The translations under genes and the position numbers were made by a program. The notes under the pieces were generated by a model, which saw only the letters and a list, made by a program, of their open reading frames with translations, had not been told where the DNA came from and made no database searches. Shown piece after piece: positions 21,699-32,006 of a DNA stretch of 64,000 bases. Source of the DNA: Tortispora ganteri. Taxonomy: Eukaryota. The DNA lies in assembly GCA_003707115.1 (NCBI GenBank), contig PPNB01000013.1:62001-126000 (forward strand), written 5' to 3'. Position 1 is the stretch's first letter, and each line of letters starts with the position of its first letter.

Positions 21699-22694
21699 AA
21701 ATTTTTAATATGTGTGATATTTATTTAGGCAAGCGTTGAATTTACATTAATTTAGGCTTAACCTACAGTTATACATACAAGATCTAGGTTGAACGGCCTT
21801 ACAGTGTTTGTTCCTTGAACGTGAATCAGAATTTCAAGTGTTTTAGTCGAGTCAAGCTTCAGGGTATAAAAGGTTGCCATCTATTTTTAGAGCAATATCA
21901 GTAGATCCTCATTGACGGTTTGGATAACAGAATAGTTAGACAGAATTGTGTCCCATAAGATACCGGTAATTGTTTATAAAGATGTACACTGACAGGCATT
22001 ATTGAGTACAGCATATGAAGTGAAAACAATAGGGGCCGTGCTTGATGTAATGCTAGAAGCAACACCAGAATAGCTTGAAATACAAAAGAAGAAGTAACCG
22101 ATTCAAAGTTAGAAATGGTAAATAGTTTAGAGAGGTATTGAGATGATTTTAGATCATTCGGGCTTATGCACGTAGGTACCTGTGAGGGAGTATATTCAAA
22201 ATCAGACCAACATCTAGTCTTCGCAATTTCAATTATAATCAGTAAAAGTGATTACTGACTTTTATAAACTGGTTGTACCCTTTCTAGGAAGTAATATAGG
22301 ACATTAAAGCGAAAATGCAGTATAGATAGTGCAATTGTAAGTAACTAAAAATAAGGTTCATTTTATAGTTGACAGTTATAACGGTTTTATCTATATACAC
22401 CACAATATAACCACGACCTAATTTAAATAGTTCATATTAAGCATACTATTTCTAAGTACTATTAGCTATAACGATACATTTAAATGTTTGTGTGTGGACA
22501 AGGGTCGTTTGTAGTTATCACTTCATGCGCCTTATATGTGACACCCACCAAAACTTAATCATACATGAACCAATCACAGCCCATTGGGTTATTGCTGTTT
22601 CGGCTTCATTTGACTCCAAAAAGACCTTGCCTTATCGATCACTAATTGCCATTGACAATCAACAACTTAACTTGCGAATACATTTCACTTGATT

Positions 22695-24350
22695 ATGTCG
22701 GAAACATTAGAAGATCATGAAGATTTTGTTTTCTTAAACCCCACTGACAGCGAAATTGAGGAGATAAAGGAACTACGCTTTGAGCGTATGGTCATCTCAC
22801 CAAGCTTCTGCGAGCAGAAGGAAGAAGAACAGTACTTTGATGTGACCGATATAAAGCCATTACCTGATCTTAGCAATCATATCAATGCTATTGCACGAAG
22901 AAGAACACCTTCGAAACTTAAAGACATGTACAAGTACTATCGCCCTGGTATTGCCAATCTCGCCGCCGGATTCCCGCATCCAGAATTGATCCCGTTCTCG
23001 TCAATTGGAGGCAAAGTCGTTAATGCAACTGATCCTTGGCGTTCCAGAGGCGAAAAATTTACATTTATAAATACTAGAGAAGAACAGGATCCGTTGTCCA
23101 ACAGCCTCGACATCGCCAACTTCATGGAGTACACCAATACTGCCGGTCTACCAGGGCTCCTTCAATGGTGCAGCAAACTCAATGACCGTGTACACAAACC
23201 TGCGTTTAAGGATATTGACGTTATCATGACTAATGGTTCTTCCGATGGTCTAACCAAAGCCTACGGGATCCTTCTCTCTGAAGGTGATACCGTAATCACT
23301 GATGCCTTCACGTTTACGAATGGGTTCAAAGCTCTAGAACAATTTGGGTGCAAAGCATGTCCTATTGTTGCAGATAGCGAGGGAATGTCTCCGGACAGCT
23401 TGGAAGAAACCTTGCGAACATGGAAACCCGAGGTAAATGGCAAGCGTCCGCACGTCATGTATCTAATCCCTGTGGCACAGAACCCCACAGGTACTACTAT
23501 GTCAGTTGAGAGAAAGCAGGAGATATATAATATTGCCAGCAAGTTTGATCTTATAATTATTGAAGATGACCCTTACTTTTTCATCCAGTTCAATCGTCCC
23601 AGGGTGAATTCTTTCTTCGACTCCTTGATCCCCTCTTTTCTGAATATAGACACCGACGGCCGAGTAATTAGACTCGACACGTTTTCAAAAATGATTGGGC
23701 CTGGTTCAAGACTCGGTTGGATTACTGCTAGATCTAATTTCATTGAATATATTTTAGGTGCAACTGAAGGATCTACCCAATTTCCTTCCGGTCTTACTCA
23801 GGCCGTGATCTTGAACCTTGTGACAAACGTCTACGGTGAAAATGGCTGGGAAACTTGGCTAAAGCATGTTAGGGACGAATACTGTAGACGTGTATGGACT
23901 CTCACGCAGATTCTAGTTCAACACGGTGAAAAGCACGTCAGGCTGCCCACGGGAGCCGAGGTGCAGATCATACGAGCATTCACAAAGAAAACCCTCGAAA
24001 CGTCTAAGGACCGACAATATCTCCAGCCGTACTATGAAGATGCCTTAGCTGAGTTTATGGTTCCGGAAGGAGGCATGTTCCTGTGGATGCGTTTGAACAC
24101 GGATCTCCTTCAGGACAAATCGACGGACACTAAAGCGATAATGAGCGAATTCTGGGCAAAGCTTGCTACGAAAGCAAACATTCTTGTAGTTCCTGGTGAT
24201 GTATTTATCCCTGAATATGTGTCAGGAATTAATGACTATTGCTATATGCGACTGTGTTTTGGGGCCTGTTCTAAAGAAACATTGCAACGTGCTGCGATTA
24301 AACTGGTGCGTTTCATTGAGAAGTTCTTTGGTTGCACAGATCTTGAGTGA
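22695..24350 (+). CDS. PLP-dependent class I aminotransferase (Aro8/Aro9/2-aminoadipate transaminase-like)
   Basis: NLAAGFP, YLIPVAQNPTG, IIIEDDPYFF, DTFSK..GPG.RLGW (PLP lysine), P.GGMFLW. ATG at 22695. Confidence 0.88.
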   Translation: MSETLEDHEDFVFLNPTDSEIEEIKELRFERMVISPSFCEQKEEEQYFDVTDIKPLPDLSNHINAIARRRTPSKLKDMYKYYRPGIANLAAGFPHPELIPFSSIGGKVVNATDPWRSRGEKFTFINTREEQDPLSNSLDIANFMEYTNTAGLPGLLQWCSKLNDRVHKPAFKDIDVIMTNGSSDGLTKAYGILLSEGDTVITDAFTFTNGFKALEQFGCKACPIVADSEGMSPDSLEETLRTWKPEVNGKRPHVMYLIPVAQNPTGTTMSVERKQEIYNIASKFDLIIIEDDPYFFIQFNRPRVNSFFDSLIPSFLNIDTDGRVIRLDTFSKMIGPGSRLGWITARSNFIEYILGATEGSTQFPSGLTQAVILNLVTNVYGENGWETWLKHVRDEYCRRVWTLTQILVQHGEKHVRLPTGAEVQIIRAFTKKTLETSKDRQYLQPYYEDALAEFMVPEGGMFLWMRLNTDLLQDKSTDTKAIMSEFWAKLATKANILVVPGDVFIPEYVSGINDYCYMRLCFGACSKETLQRAAIKLVRFIEKFFGCTDLE

Positions 24351-24388
24351 TCTGTGATTTTCAATCGTAAATTTCGATTTGATTGAAT

Positions 24389-24438
24389 TTTTTATTTTTT
24401 ATTTTTTATTTTTATTTTTATTTTTATCTTTATTTTAA
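24389..24438. repeat. (TTTTTA)n low-complexity tract
   Basis: Run of T4-6A units between the aminotransferase stop and the next ORF. Confidence 0.8.
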
Positions 24439-24534
24439 TAAATTTGGAACTAATTTTCCTGATTTTGAGTGCACTTTTTTATCCCTAAATCGCCGCTCTA
24501 CATCTTCACCCATTCATTTAACCCACATCCACTT

Positions 24535-25047
24535 ATGTCATTCCGGATCCGGATCCGTCAGGCGCAAAATGAGCGTAGACCTAATCAGGATAATCTAATA
24601 GCAGGTCCAGCATTACAGGAACGCGTACATCAAGTTCCGTGGCTAGAATTCGTTAATAGAATGATGATAATGGCAGCTCCGCGGGTGTCTGGCATCATAC
24701 GATCAATAATTGTTTCAGCTTTAATATTTCTACTATTTTCCTTCTACAAGGATGATTCTAATAATCCTATTCTTAACAGCACAGAAAGTTATGAGATGTC
24801 ACTGCGGCTTGCTCCAGAATTTGGATTGCTCAAAGATCTATACCAACGATGTATACTGATGCTGGTGAACTTCGTATCGCATAGCGTCTTACGCAGCCTT
24901 TTTGCTTCAATGGCATATGGTATTATAACTACAATGCTACATTACTTTTCACAAATTCGCAGTCTGTTCGTCATATCAAGCATCGTCTACAGTCTGCTTG
25001 GCCTTGTAGCCACATTCTACATGGTACTCGTTTCGGCCTTCGGCTGA
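24535..25047 (+). CDS. Hypothetical small membrane protein (about 170 aa, 3-4 hydrophobic segments)
   Basis: ATG at 24535 in an otherwise gene-sized gap. Hydrophobic helices are present; no family recognised. Confidence 0.55.
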   Translation: MSFRIRIRQAQNERRPNQDNLIAGPALQERVHQVPWLEFVNRMMIMAAPRVSGIIRSIIVSALIFLLFSFYKDDSNNPILNSTESYEMSLRLAPEFGLLKDLYQRCILMLVNFVSHSVLRSLFASMAYGIITTMLHYFSQIRSLFVISSIVYSLLGLVATFYMVLVSAFG

Positions 25048-25181
25048 CATGTTCGCCACTCGCATCCCCTTTTTTTTAATGAATGACACGATTTTCTACA
25101 ATATTTATATTTGAGACGCATATTACTTTTATAATTCGAACTCGTACATATTGCTAAACATTTCGCTTGGCAAAAGGTTCT

Positions 25182-25958
25182 TTAGAAACCGACGCAGATG
25201 CTAAGTCCAAGGAGGGCAGTAGCAACGGCAGCACCAACAAGACCGACAAAAGAAGGTACAGCAACGGTGTTTCCGGCGCTCTTGCTTCCGGAGTCAGCAG
25301 GGACAGTAGTAGAGCTGTCTTCGGAGGTAGTAGAAGTCGCTCTGGTAGAGGAAGTGGTGTCAGGGCCAGTTCCGGCATCACCGCTTTCTGTGGGGAGAGC
25401 AGTGAGCGAATAGGTCTGTGTTCCATAAGAGAACTCACCTTCAGTGGCGTTGAAGCACATGTTGGTACCTTCGTTGGAAGCAATCCAGTCTTCGAGAGAG
25501 ACGAAGGTGATATCAGCACAGGCATAGAAGGTCTCGTTATCAGATCCTTCAAGGGACTTGTACTCAATCTGTAAGGTAGCAGGATCGCCAACCTGGATCG
25601 ATGAGGTCTGATCGGGCATCTGAACGCACAAATGACCCTCACCGATCTCGGTGATGTTACCGCGAATAGCATCGAAGTCCGCAATGTTTGTGGGATCATC
25701 GCTGTAAGAGATACGGACAGCTACGTCCCATCCCTCTTCCTGTGCAACAAGGGCGATATATCCCTGGTCAATAGGAAAAGGGGTACGCTCACCAACACCA
25801 GAAGCAGATCCGCAAGGAGCAATGTTGTCCTGGTCATCATTCCATGGTCTGTCTGGCGGCCACATGAAAGCGACGGGGCCCATAGTCTGAGCGTATCCAG
25901 AACCGTGTTGTGCAAGCGCAACTCCAGCAAGAGCTAAAGCAGTAGTAATAGATTGCAT
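25182..25958 (-). CDS. GPI-anchored Bim1/X325-like (copper-acquisition-domain) surface protein
   Basis: Signal peptide, MGPVAFMWPPDR.W, APCG, RTPFP, GHLC, G..ATLQIEY, FYACADITFV, S/T-rich stalk, omega-like KSAG plus hydrophobic tail. Confidence 0.75.
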   Translation of the reverse strand: MQSITTALALAGVALAQHGSGYAQTMGPVAFMWPPDRPWNDDQDNIAPCGSASGVGERTPFPIDQGYIALVAQEEGWDVAVRISYSDDPTNIADFDAIRGNITEIGEGHLCVQMPDQTSSIQVGDPATLQIEYKSLEGSDNETFYACADITFVSLEDWIASNEGTNMCFNATEGEFSYGTQTYSLTALPTESGDAGTGPDTTSSTRATSTTSEDSSTTVPADSGSKSAGNTVAVPSFVGLVGAAVATALLGLSICVGF

Positions 25959-26499
25959 ACTTTTTGGTCTATTTGGTGCGATTTTTTTCTTTACTCAATT
26001 GTTAATGAGAAAAAAAGAAATTTGTAATGCCGAGGCGGACGACGCCGAATATTTATATATTCTTCGAGACCTTGGCATCATTCGACCTTTTTCTACCGTA
26101 TTCCGGAGACACTCGAAAGCTTATAGACTGAACTTACATACTTCTACGATAATTTCCGACCATGTACTATACTTCTATTGGATGTAACAATAACCTAATT
26201 CCATATTGGCCAATCACATATTTGCGGCTACATGTGAATCTAAATTATCTGATTAATCAATCAGATAATTTTACACATGTAACCTTAATTACCCACCTCA
26301 AAAAATTTTCTCGCGCGCGTTTGTTGATTTTTGGCATGCGGCTTTTCCGGTTTGTACAAACTCATTACTACAGTAGTAATGCATTTTCAATGCATTTGCA
26401 ACAATAAATGTTTGCCTAAATCGTCCCATAGCATCGATTTAAAAAGATTTTCTGCATCATCTAAATCACAACTATTACCCTAACCTGATCTTTTCATTA

Positions 26500-26508
26500 T
26501 AGCCGCCG
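26500..26508 (+). promoter_or_regulatory. URS1-like (Ume6) element TAGCCGCCG
   Basis: Exact URS1 core about 225 bp upstream of the ATG at 26731, embedded in the palindrome ATAGCCG-C-CGGCTAT. Confidence 0.45.
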
Positions 26509-26730
26509 GCTATTTTGATTGGTTTTTGGGAAACTTTATTGTCCGTCACAATTTACCCCGGAGTCTCGAGAATATGCATATACAATACTAATTCAGCATT
26601 AAGCTGAACGCACTCAAAACCCAAAATTAAGTGCTTTTTAAAAGAGTATACTGTCATTTGAGTGTCTATTACTCATAAGGTTTCGCGCAAACAGTTTCTT
26701 CTCGAAAAAATAGCGCCTGAAGTGACCCTC

Positions 26731-27954
26731 ATGTTTCAAGGACAAAGTCTTCCAGGAGAGGAGACAATACCCCGGTTACGTCACAGCAGCACCAGCATAA
26801 TTGATACCAATACCTTTGACACCGAACACATCAGCTTGCGTATATCAACTGCTGACGCGCCTACCTCTCCATTATCATTACAGTCAATTTCAGATCGTGC
26901 TATCAGCACTGCAAGATACACTCCAACAAGCCTGCCACCAAGTCCTATATCACTTGATTCCTTTGAATTTCCATATGTGCATATTCCTGAGAGCCCCAAT
27001 GTGCCATTCCAAACCGTAGCTGGAAATGCTGATGCAGTACCTAAACCAATACCCAGCTCCATACAAGTCGGGCTTCGGTACCCTTGCACTCCGCCCGAGG
27101 AAGCAAGAGGTTCGATTATCGAACAATTTTCTGATAATGAGCAGGAAAACATCCGTCAATTATACCAACATTCAGAAAATACGATAGATAACCAAGTGCA
27201 TAATCTTTCAGATAACCAGCACCTCGAAATCTCACGGAGTAGCATAGTCTTGCCGTTAATACCTTCCTATCGAGTCCCCGCGGTGTCTGTGCATGAAAGT
27301 GATGAAGATTCATCATATGAGTATCTTAATACAGATATTAGTCTGCATGAGGACAGTTCAACTCATGCAAATGATGTTGTTTCAAATGTTGATTTCCTGA
27401 GAAATATGTATAAAAGGAGCAACTTTGAAAGAGCATTAAGGCTCTTAAAGGTTTTGCGGATTAGTCCCAGAGATGCAAATAGTCAAGCTTCCGTTTATGT
27501 TGATGATAAGGAAATTGATATCCAAGAAGCTCAAGATGTTGTTAATAAATTAATGGATGAGATTGACAATGATCTTCAGTTTGAAGCATCTATAAACACC
27601 CTTGAGGATCAACATCGTAGCCAGAAGGTACCCAAAGTTGTAAACAGGTTGAGCTCAGATTCAAGAAGCATTTGTACAACTACATCCGCTCAATTGGTCG
27701 AAGTGGAATCAAGAAAAAGTGAAACATATGCCAGTTCACATATAGGTGTGGAAAATACTCACTGTTTGGACAGCTGCACAATACTGGACAGTTTTGCAGG
27801 ATCTTTTGAGCCTGCATCTGAACCTGACGATGATATACTAGCAGAACAGAGATTGTATCAGGAATTCTTCGACAGTTTGCTAGATTTGAATGCAAGTCAA
27901 AGACTGTTCGAAACCCAACCTTCAGATTTTGCCCATAATTATCATTGTGAATAA
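26731..27954 (+). CDS. Hypothetical acidic Ser/Pro-rich protein (about 407 aa)
   Basis: Long ORF, first ATG at 26731 (26662 is GTG). No recognised domain. Confidence 0.7.
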   Translation: MFQGQSLPGEETIPRLRHSSTSIIDTNTFDTEHISLRISTADAPTSPLSLQSISDRAISTARYTPTSLPPSPISLDSFEFPYVHIPESPNVPFQTVAGNADAVPKPIPSSIQVGLRYPCTPPEEARGSIIEQFSDNEQENIRQLYQHSENTIDNQVHNLSDNQHLEISRSSIVLPLIPSYRVPAVSVHESDEDSSYEYLNTDISLHEDSSTHANDVVSNVDFLRNMYKRSNFERALRLLKVLRISPRDANSQASVYVDDKEIDIQEAQDVVNKLMDEIDNDLQFEASINTLEDQHRSQKVPKVVNRLSSDSRSICTTTSAQLVEVESRKSETYASSHIGVENTHCLDSCTILDSFAGSFEPASEPDDDILAEQRLYQEFFDSLLDLNASQRLFETQPSDFAHNYHCE

Positions 27955-28032
27955 CAGTAGAGAGGAAAACAGTTTTGAGTAATAGTAAACGTGATAACTT
28001 TATACTCGACCAAATTATATGTAATGAAATAG

Positions 28033-30207
28033 TTAGTCTTGATTAACAATGTGAGAAAGGGGCGATATCGTTTCAAGAATTTGAGCCAAAATATGTTGGA
28101 CACGACTCTTTAAGGCTTTCGAAGTAGATTCAACAGACCAATCCTCAAATTTGATTATGGCATCGGTCTCATCAACGCTAACTTTAATACCAACAGTTGC
28201 TTCAGCTATTTTCGCCTTTGCACGAGGCTTCGGCTGACCTGATTCAAAAACGGCTTCAACATTGTCGAACTGTTGAGAAAGCATAGCGGTAAGTCTGTCA
28301 ATGCGCTCTATCAGCGAGTGTGAGCCATGTAATCCAGAATCGTGTTTATGTGATTTTGCAGTAACCTTTAAAGACGCTGGAGAAGTTCCAACGCTCATTA
28401 AAACAGCAAGAACAGAGTCAGCTATTGTATCATTCAACACATTACCGGCCCATTCTATAACTGCCAGAGTATAGCTTTCTTGCGGGTGAGTCCACACAGT
28501 TATACCATCCATTACTTCCAGTCCTTCGATCACAGTGTCAGATTCTTCCTGTTTTACATGAACCACAGAACCGAACATTTGCTGGAGGTGATATTCAATA
28601 AGACTCGGTGTACCATAAACTCGAATACGTTGCCGTTCAATAATCTGGCTGTATGTGATACCAGTAGTAGCTCTAAGGTCAGAGGGATCCATAACTTGAA
28701 TGCGGAAATCACGTTGTACAGCAATCGCGGAGACTATATCATCCTTTTTAGGCGGGGTTTCAGCTAAAACACCAACAACTTTTGCTGGTTTAGGCGCTTT
28801 GAAAGGAATTTGGACGATTTCACAGTCACGTGGATTATATATTTTTATCTCCTGTTCAGTTCCTTTTAAGGAGTTATACTTTGAGAGAAGTGCAGACTTG
28901 AGGCGACCCATAGGGCTGGACTCCCCATGCACAAGAATAATATGTTTCGGTTTCACAAGGTCTATAAATTCGCTGTTGTGTTTGTAGTCGACGTGCGCAG
29001 CAAAAGATATTTCCTCTACCAAACAGCGTCTAGGGATCAGGACAGAAGAGTCTCGCATTGAAGGAATTTGCAAGGGCTCAGAAACAATGTCTTTCGCTAG
29101 CGTGCCTTCTACAGAGTAACCAGTAATAATGACAGCGTTTCTATTATCAGGTGCCCAACGTTCAAGCAATTCTCGTGAGGTGCCACTCTGTAGCATACCC
29201 GGGCTGGCGATCATTACGCAGGGTCCGGCGTCAAAGAAAGAATCAAGCGACCGCAAACTCTTTATATATTGAAAATGAAAAGGATTAGACTGTGCATCTC
29301 TGAATTGTTTTCTTATTGATTCGTTCATCATGCTGGTGTAAGTCTGGTAGACTGTAAGAGCTTTCTTGGCCAAGTTTGAGGCGAAATAAACTGGAGTGTT
29401 TTGAATACTTTTGTGCGCCTTCCAGTAGTCATTTACAACCAACAAAAGTTCCTGAGCACGACCAAGAGCAAAAGTTGGCAATAAAACTCGTCCTCCACGG
29501 TCAATAACAGAGGATATAATAGACATTAGTTGTGCTTCTTTTTCGCGGCGGGGCAAATGAACGGCTGTACCAAATGTGGACTCACAGATCAGTACATCAG
29601 GAGATTCTGGTGGCACTTCTGCAGCAGACAGATGACGATCTTCTTCACGAGAATAGTCACCTGTAAACAGAAGTTTCAAGCCGCCGAGTTCGATGAAGTA
29701 CATTGCTGCACCGAGCACATGACCGGCATGGTATGCAGTGAACCGAACGCCATCAACGTCTATAGTTGAGTGATAGTCAATTGGTTCAATTCTGTCAAAA
29801 CTCTGCTGTAGATCGTTATCTGTGAACAGCACTGGTGCTGCGTTAGATGAACGCGGCGTGATAGAGCTGACACGGACAAAGTCTGAGAGCAACCAACGAT
29901 AGATAGCTTTTGTTGGATGAGTCATAAAGACACGACCTTTGAATGCTGTATGTTGCATTACATAAGGTAAAGAAGCTGCATGATCCAGGTGAAAGTGGCT
30001 AATAAGTAATATATCGATAGTGGACATATCGAATTCGTCATAAAATGGTAAACATGCTAGACCAGTATAAGCTGGGTGTACACCAGCATCTAACATGATC
30101 GTTTTGCCATTATACTTAATAATATGACAACTACGTCCAACTTCATTTCCACCTCCTAAAGCAATAAATTCCAGAACATCTCCATCTGAAGTTTCAACTA
30201 CTGTCAT
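28033..30207 (-). CDS. YSH1: mRNA 3'-end endonuclease CPSF73
   Basis: LGGGNEVGRSC, SHFHLDH metallo-beta-lactamase motif, AGHVLGAAM, FTGDYSREEDRHL, beta-CASP, SFAAHVD, LVHGE. Confidence 0.96.
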   Translation of the reverse strand: MTVVETSDGDVLEFIALGGGNEVGRSCHIIKYNGKTIMLDAGVHPAYTGLACLPFYDEFDMSTIDILLISHFHLDHAASLPYVMQHTAFKGRVFMTHPTKAIYRWLLSDFVRVSSITPRSSNAAPVLFTDNDLQQSFDRIEPIDYHSTIDVDGVRFTAYHAGHVLGAAMYFIELGGLKLLFTGDYSREEDRHLSAAEVPPESPDVLICESTFGTAVHLPRREKEAQLMSIISSVIDRGGRVLLPTFALGRAQELLLVVNDYWKAHKSIQNTPVYFASNLAKKALTVYQTYTSMMNESIRKQFRDAQSNPFHFQYIKSLRSLDSFFDAGPCVMIASPGMLQSGTSRELLERWAPDNRNAVIITGYSVEGTLAKDIVSEPLQIPSMRDSSVLIPRRCLVEEISFAAHVDYKHNSEFIDLVKPKHIILVHGESSPMGRLKSALLSKYNSLKGTEQEIKIYNPRDCEIVQIPFKAPKPAKVVGVLAETPPKKDDIVSAIAVQRDFRIQVMDPSDLRATTGITYSQIIERQRIRVYGTPSLIEYHLQQMFGSVVHVKQEESDTVIEGLEVMDGITVWTHPQESYTLAVIEWAGNVLNDTIADSVLAVLMSVGTSPASLKVTAKSHKHDSGLHGSHSLIERIDRLTAMLSQQFDNVEAVFESGQPKPRAKAKIAEATVGIKVSVDETDAIIKFEDWSVESTSKALKSRVQHILAQILETISPLSHIVNQD

Positions 30208-30405
30208 TGTTAATGTCTGAAGTCAGATAGAACAGTTAGTTCAATAAGGAAAGATATAGGTATGATAATTACATAAAGTTCAGTACAAATTTTACTCATC
30301 CACTATTTCCCATCTCCATAAGATCTTTTGATGTTGTTTTAGACAGCGCTCGACTTTACTATTAAAAAAAAACTAATCTAGAAATAATTTACTGTACGTA
30401 TCGAT

Positions 30406-31914
30406 ATGAATATACATACAGTAATTTTGTGTGGTCCTGGGCACAGACTCGAACCTATAACTGCGCGCGGCGACTCTGGAGTATCGAAATGTCTTCTACC
30501 AGTAGCCGTTGAACCAATGCTAATGCGCGTAATACGCTGGCTAAAAGAAGCAGATATTTCTTCAGTGACACTTGCAGTTGATTCAGCTGATTATGCCGAT
30601 GTTGAAGACTATGCTGAAACTACAGGTATAAAGAGCATGTTTCATTGCTTTAGCATGTTCCAGACCGAAGCATCAAATGTAGGCGACGTTATAGTTGACA
30701 GCCTTGCTGGTGCAGACCATTCAGCAGATCTTATGGTTTTACCATGTGATTTTATTACCGATGTACGTGCTGTTGATCTCATCGATAGGTTCATTAGACG
30801 ATCTATCGACACTATGGCACTTACTGTCTGGTATGAGAGCAAGTTTGCAGCTGTGTCACCTTTTATACCCGTGCACAAAGAGATCGTTGACGCACGCTCA
30901 GAGAATTCGCGGCAAATTTTGCTAGATGTGCAGAAAAATCCTTTAGACCCTGTTGTCTCTCCCAAAGCTATTGAACTTCCAATGACTCTTTTGTGGAAGT
31001 ACGCTGATCCCTGCATTTCTACCCGACTGCGTCACGGCTGTATTGCTCTAATAGCGCGATCTGCACTTTCTGTCGGCGATACTGAGCTGCCATCTCCCAA
31101 TAGTTCGTATGATTTACAGAGCCGTACGCCCTCTGTTGTCGACTTACGGTTCAAAGTAAGCAATGGTGGTCAATTGTCTGCCATTATGCCCTCGTTTTAC
31201 GGTTATGAGGCTACCGGTAAACCCAGTATCCCGATGTCAACGTGGCGCAATCACAGCTGGAACGCCATTCTACGGTCACTAGCAAGAAATGCCTGGAAAT
31301 CAGAACTACCAGGTTATCAAGTAGACATGTACGTGGTGCCGTCTACCAATACTTTCATACGCGTGAACTCTATTGCTTCATATCTAGAGGCTACAAGACA
31401 TTTGCTACGCATCAAGGCCAGTACATTGGCCACTACTGTCAATTCTGTACCTTCTGCTGGCAGTTCCACCGGTTCCTCTCAGGCACCTAGTCACACAGGT
31501 GTCAGTACCGATTCTATTGCTGACCCAAGTGTCATTATAGAAGAGAAGACAACGCTAAAGAGATCAATGATTTCGTCTAATGTATCTATTGGCAAGAAGT
31601 GTCGGCTCATTGGATGCATAGTATTACAGGGCGCAACAATTGAAGATGGATGTCACTTGGAATCATGTGTAATAGGACCTATGGCTACAATTGGACAAAA
31701 ATCGCGACTCACTTCCTGCACAATAGAAGGTGGGTTCAATATTGCTCCCGGAACGGAAGCCAAGAATATGACCATGCAAAAGTTTACGAATGCGATGCTT
31801 GACTACCATTCTGAATCATCGTCAGATGACGATGACGACGAGAACGAATCGGAATGGGAAGTTTCTGAGGGCGAAGATCTGGACGATGATGATGGCCTGT
31901 TTGATAGATCCTGA
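30406..31914 (+). CDS. GCD1: Translation initiation factor eIF2B gamma subunit
   Basis: VILCGPG, KCLLPVA..PM nucleotidyltransferase-like N-terminus, VLPCDFITD, C-terminal hexapeptide (LbH) repeats, acidic tail ending DDGLFDR. Confidence 0.85.
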   Translation: MNIHTVILCGPGHRLEPITARGDSGVSKCLLPVAVEPMLMRVIRWLKEADISSVTLAVDSADYADVEDYAETTGIKSMFHCFSMFQTEASNVGDVIVDSLAGADHSADLMVLPCDFITDVRAVDLIDRFIRRSIDTMALTVWYESKFAAVSPFIPVHKEIVDARSENSRQILLDVQKNPLDPVVSPKAIELPMTLLWKYADPCISTRLRHGCIALIARSALSVGDTELPSPNSSYDLQSRTPSVVDLRFKVSNGGQLSAIMPSFYGYEATGKPSIPMSTWRNHSWNAILRSLARNAWKSELPGYQVDMYVVPSTNTFIRVNSIASYLEATRHLLRIKASTLATTVNSVPSAGSSTGSSQAPSHTGVSTDSIADPSVIIEEKTTLKRSMISSNVSIGKKCRLIGCIVLQGATIEDGCHLESCVIGPMATIGQKSRLTSCTIEGGFNIAPGTEAKNMTMQKFTNAMLDYHSESSSDDDDDENESEWEVSEGEDLDDDDGLFDRS

Positions 31915-32006
31915 AAAGCGACTTTTCTACAGTGCTATTTATTATATTATGACTATTTTACGTTATCTATCCTTATTTCACTATTCGTTATTGTGACCGT
32001 GTTGGT

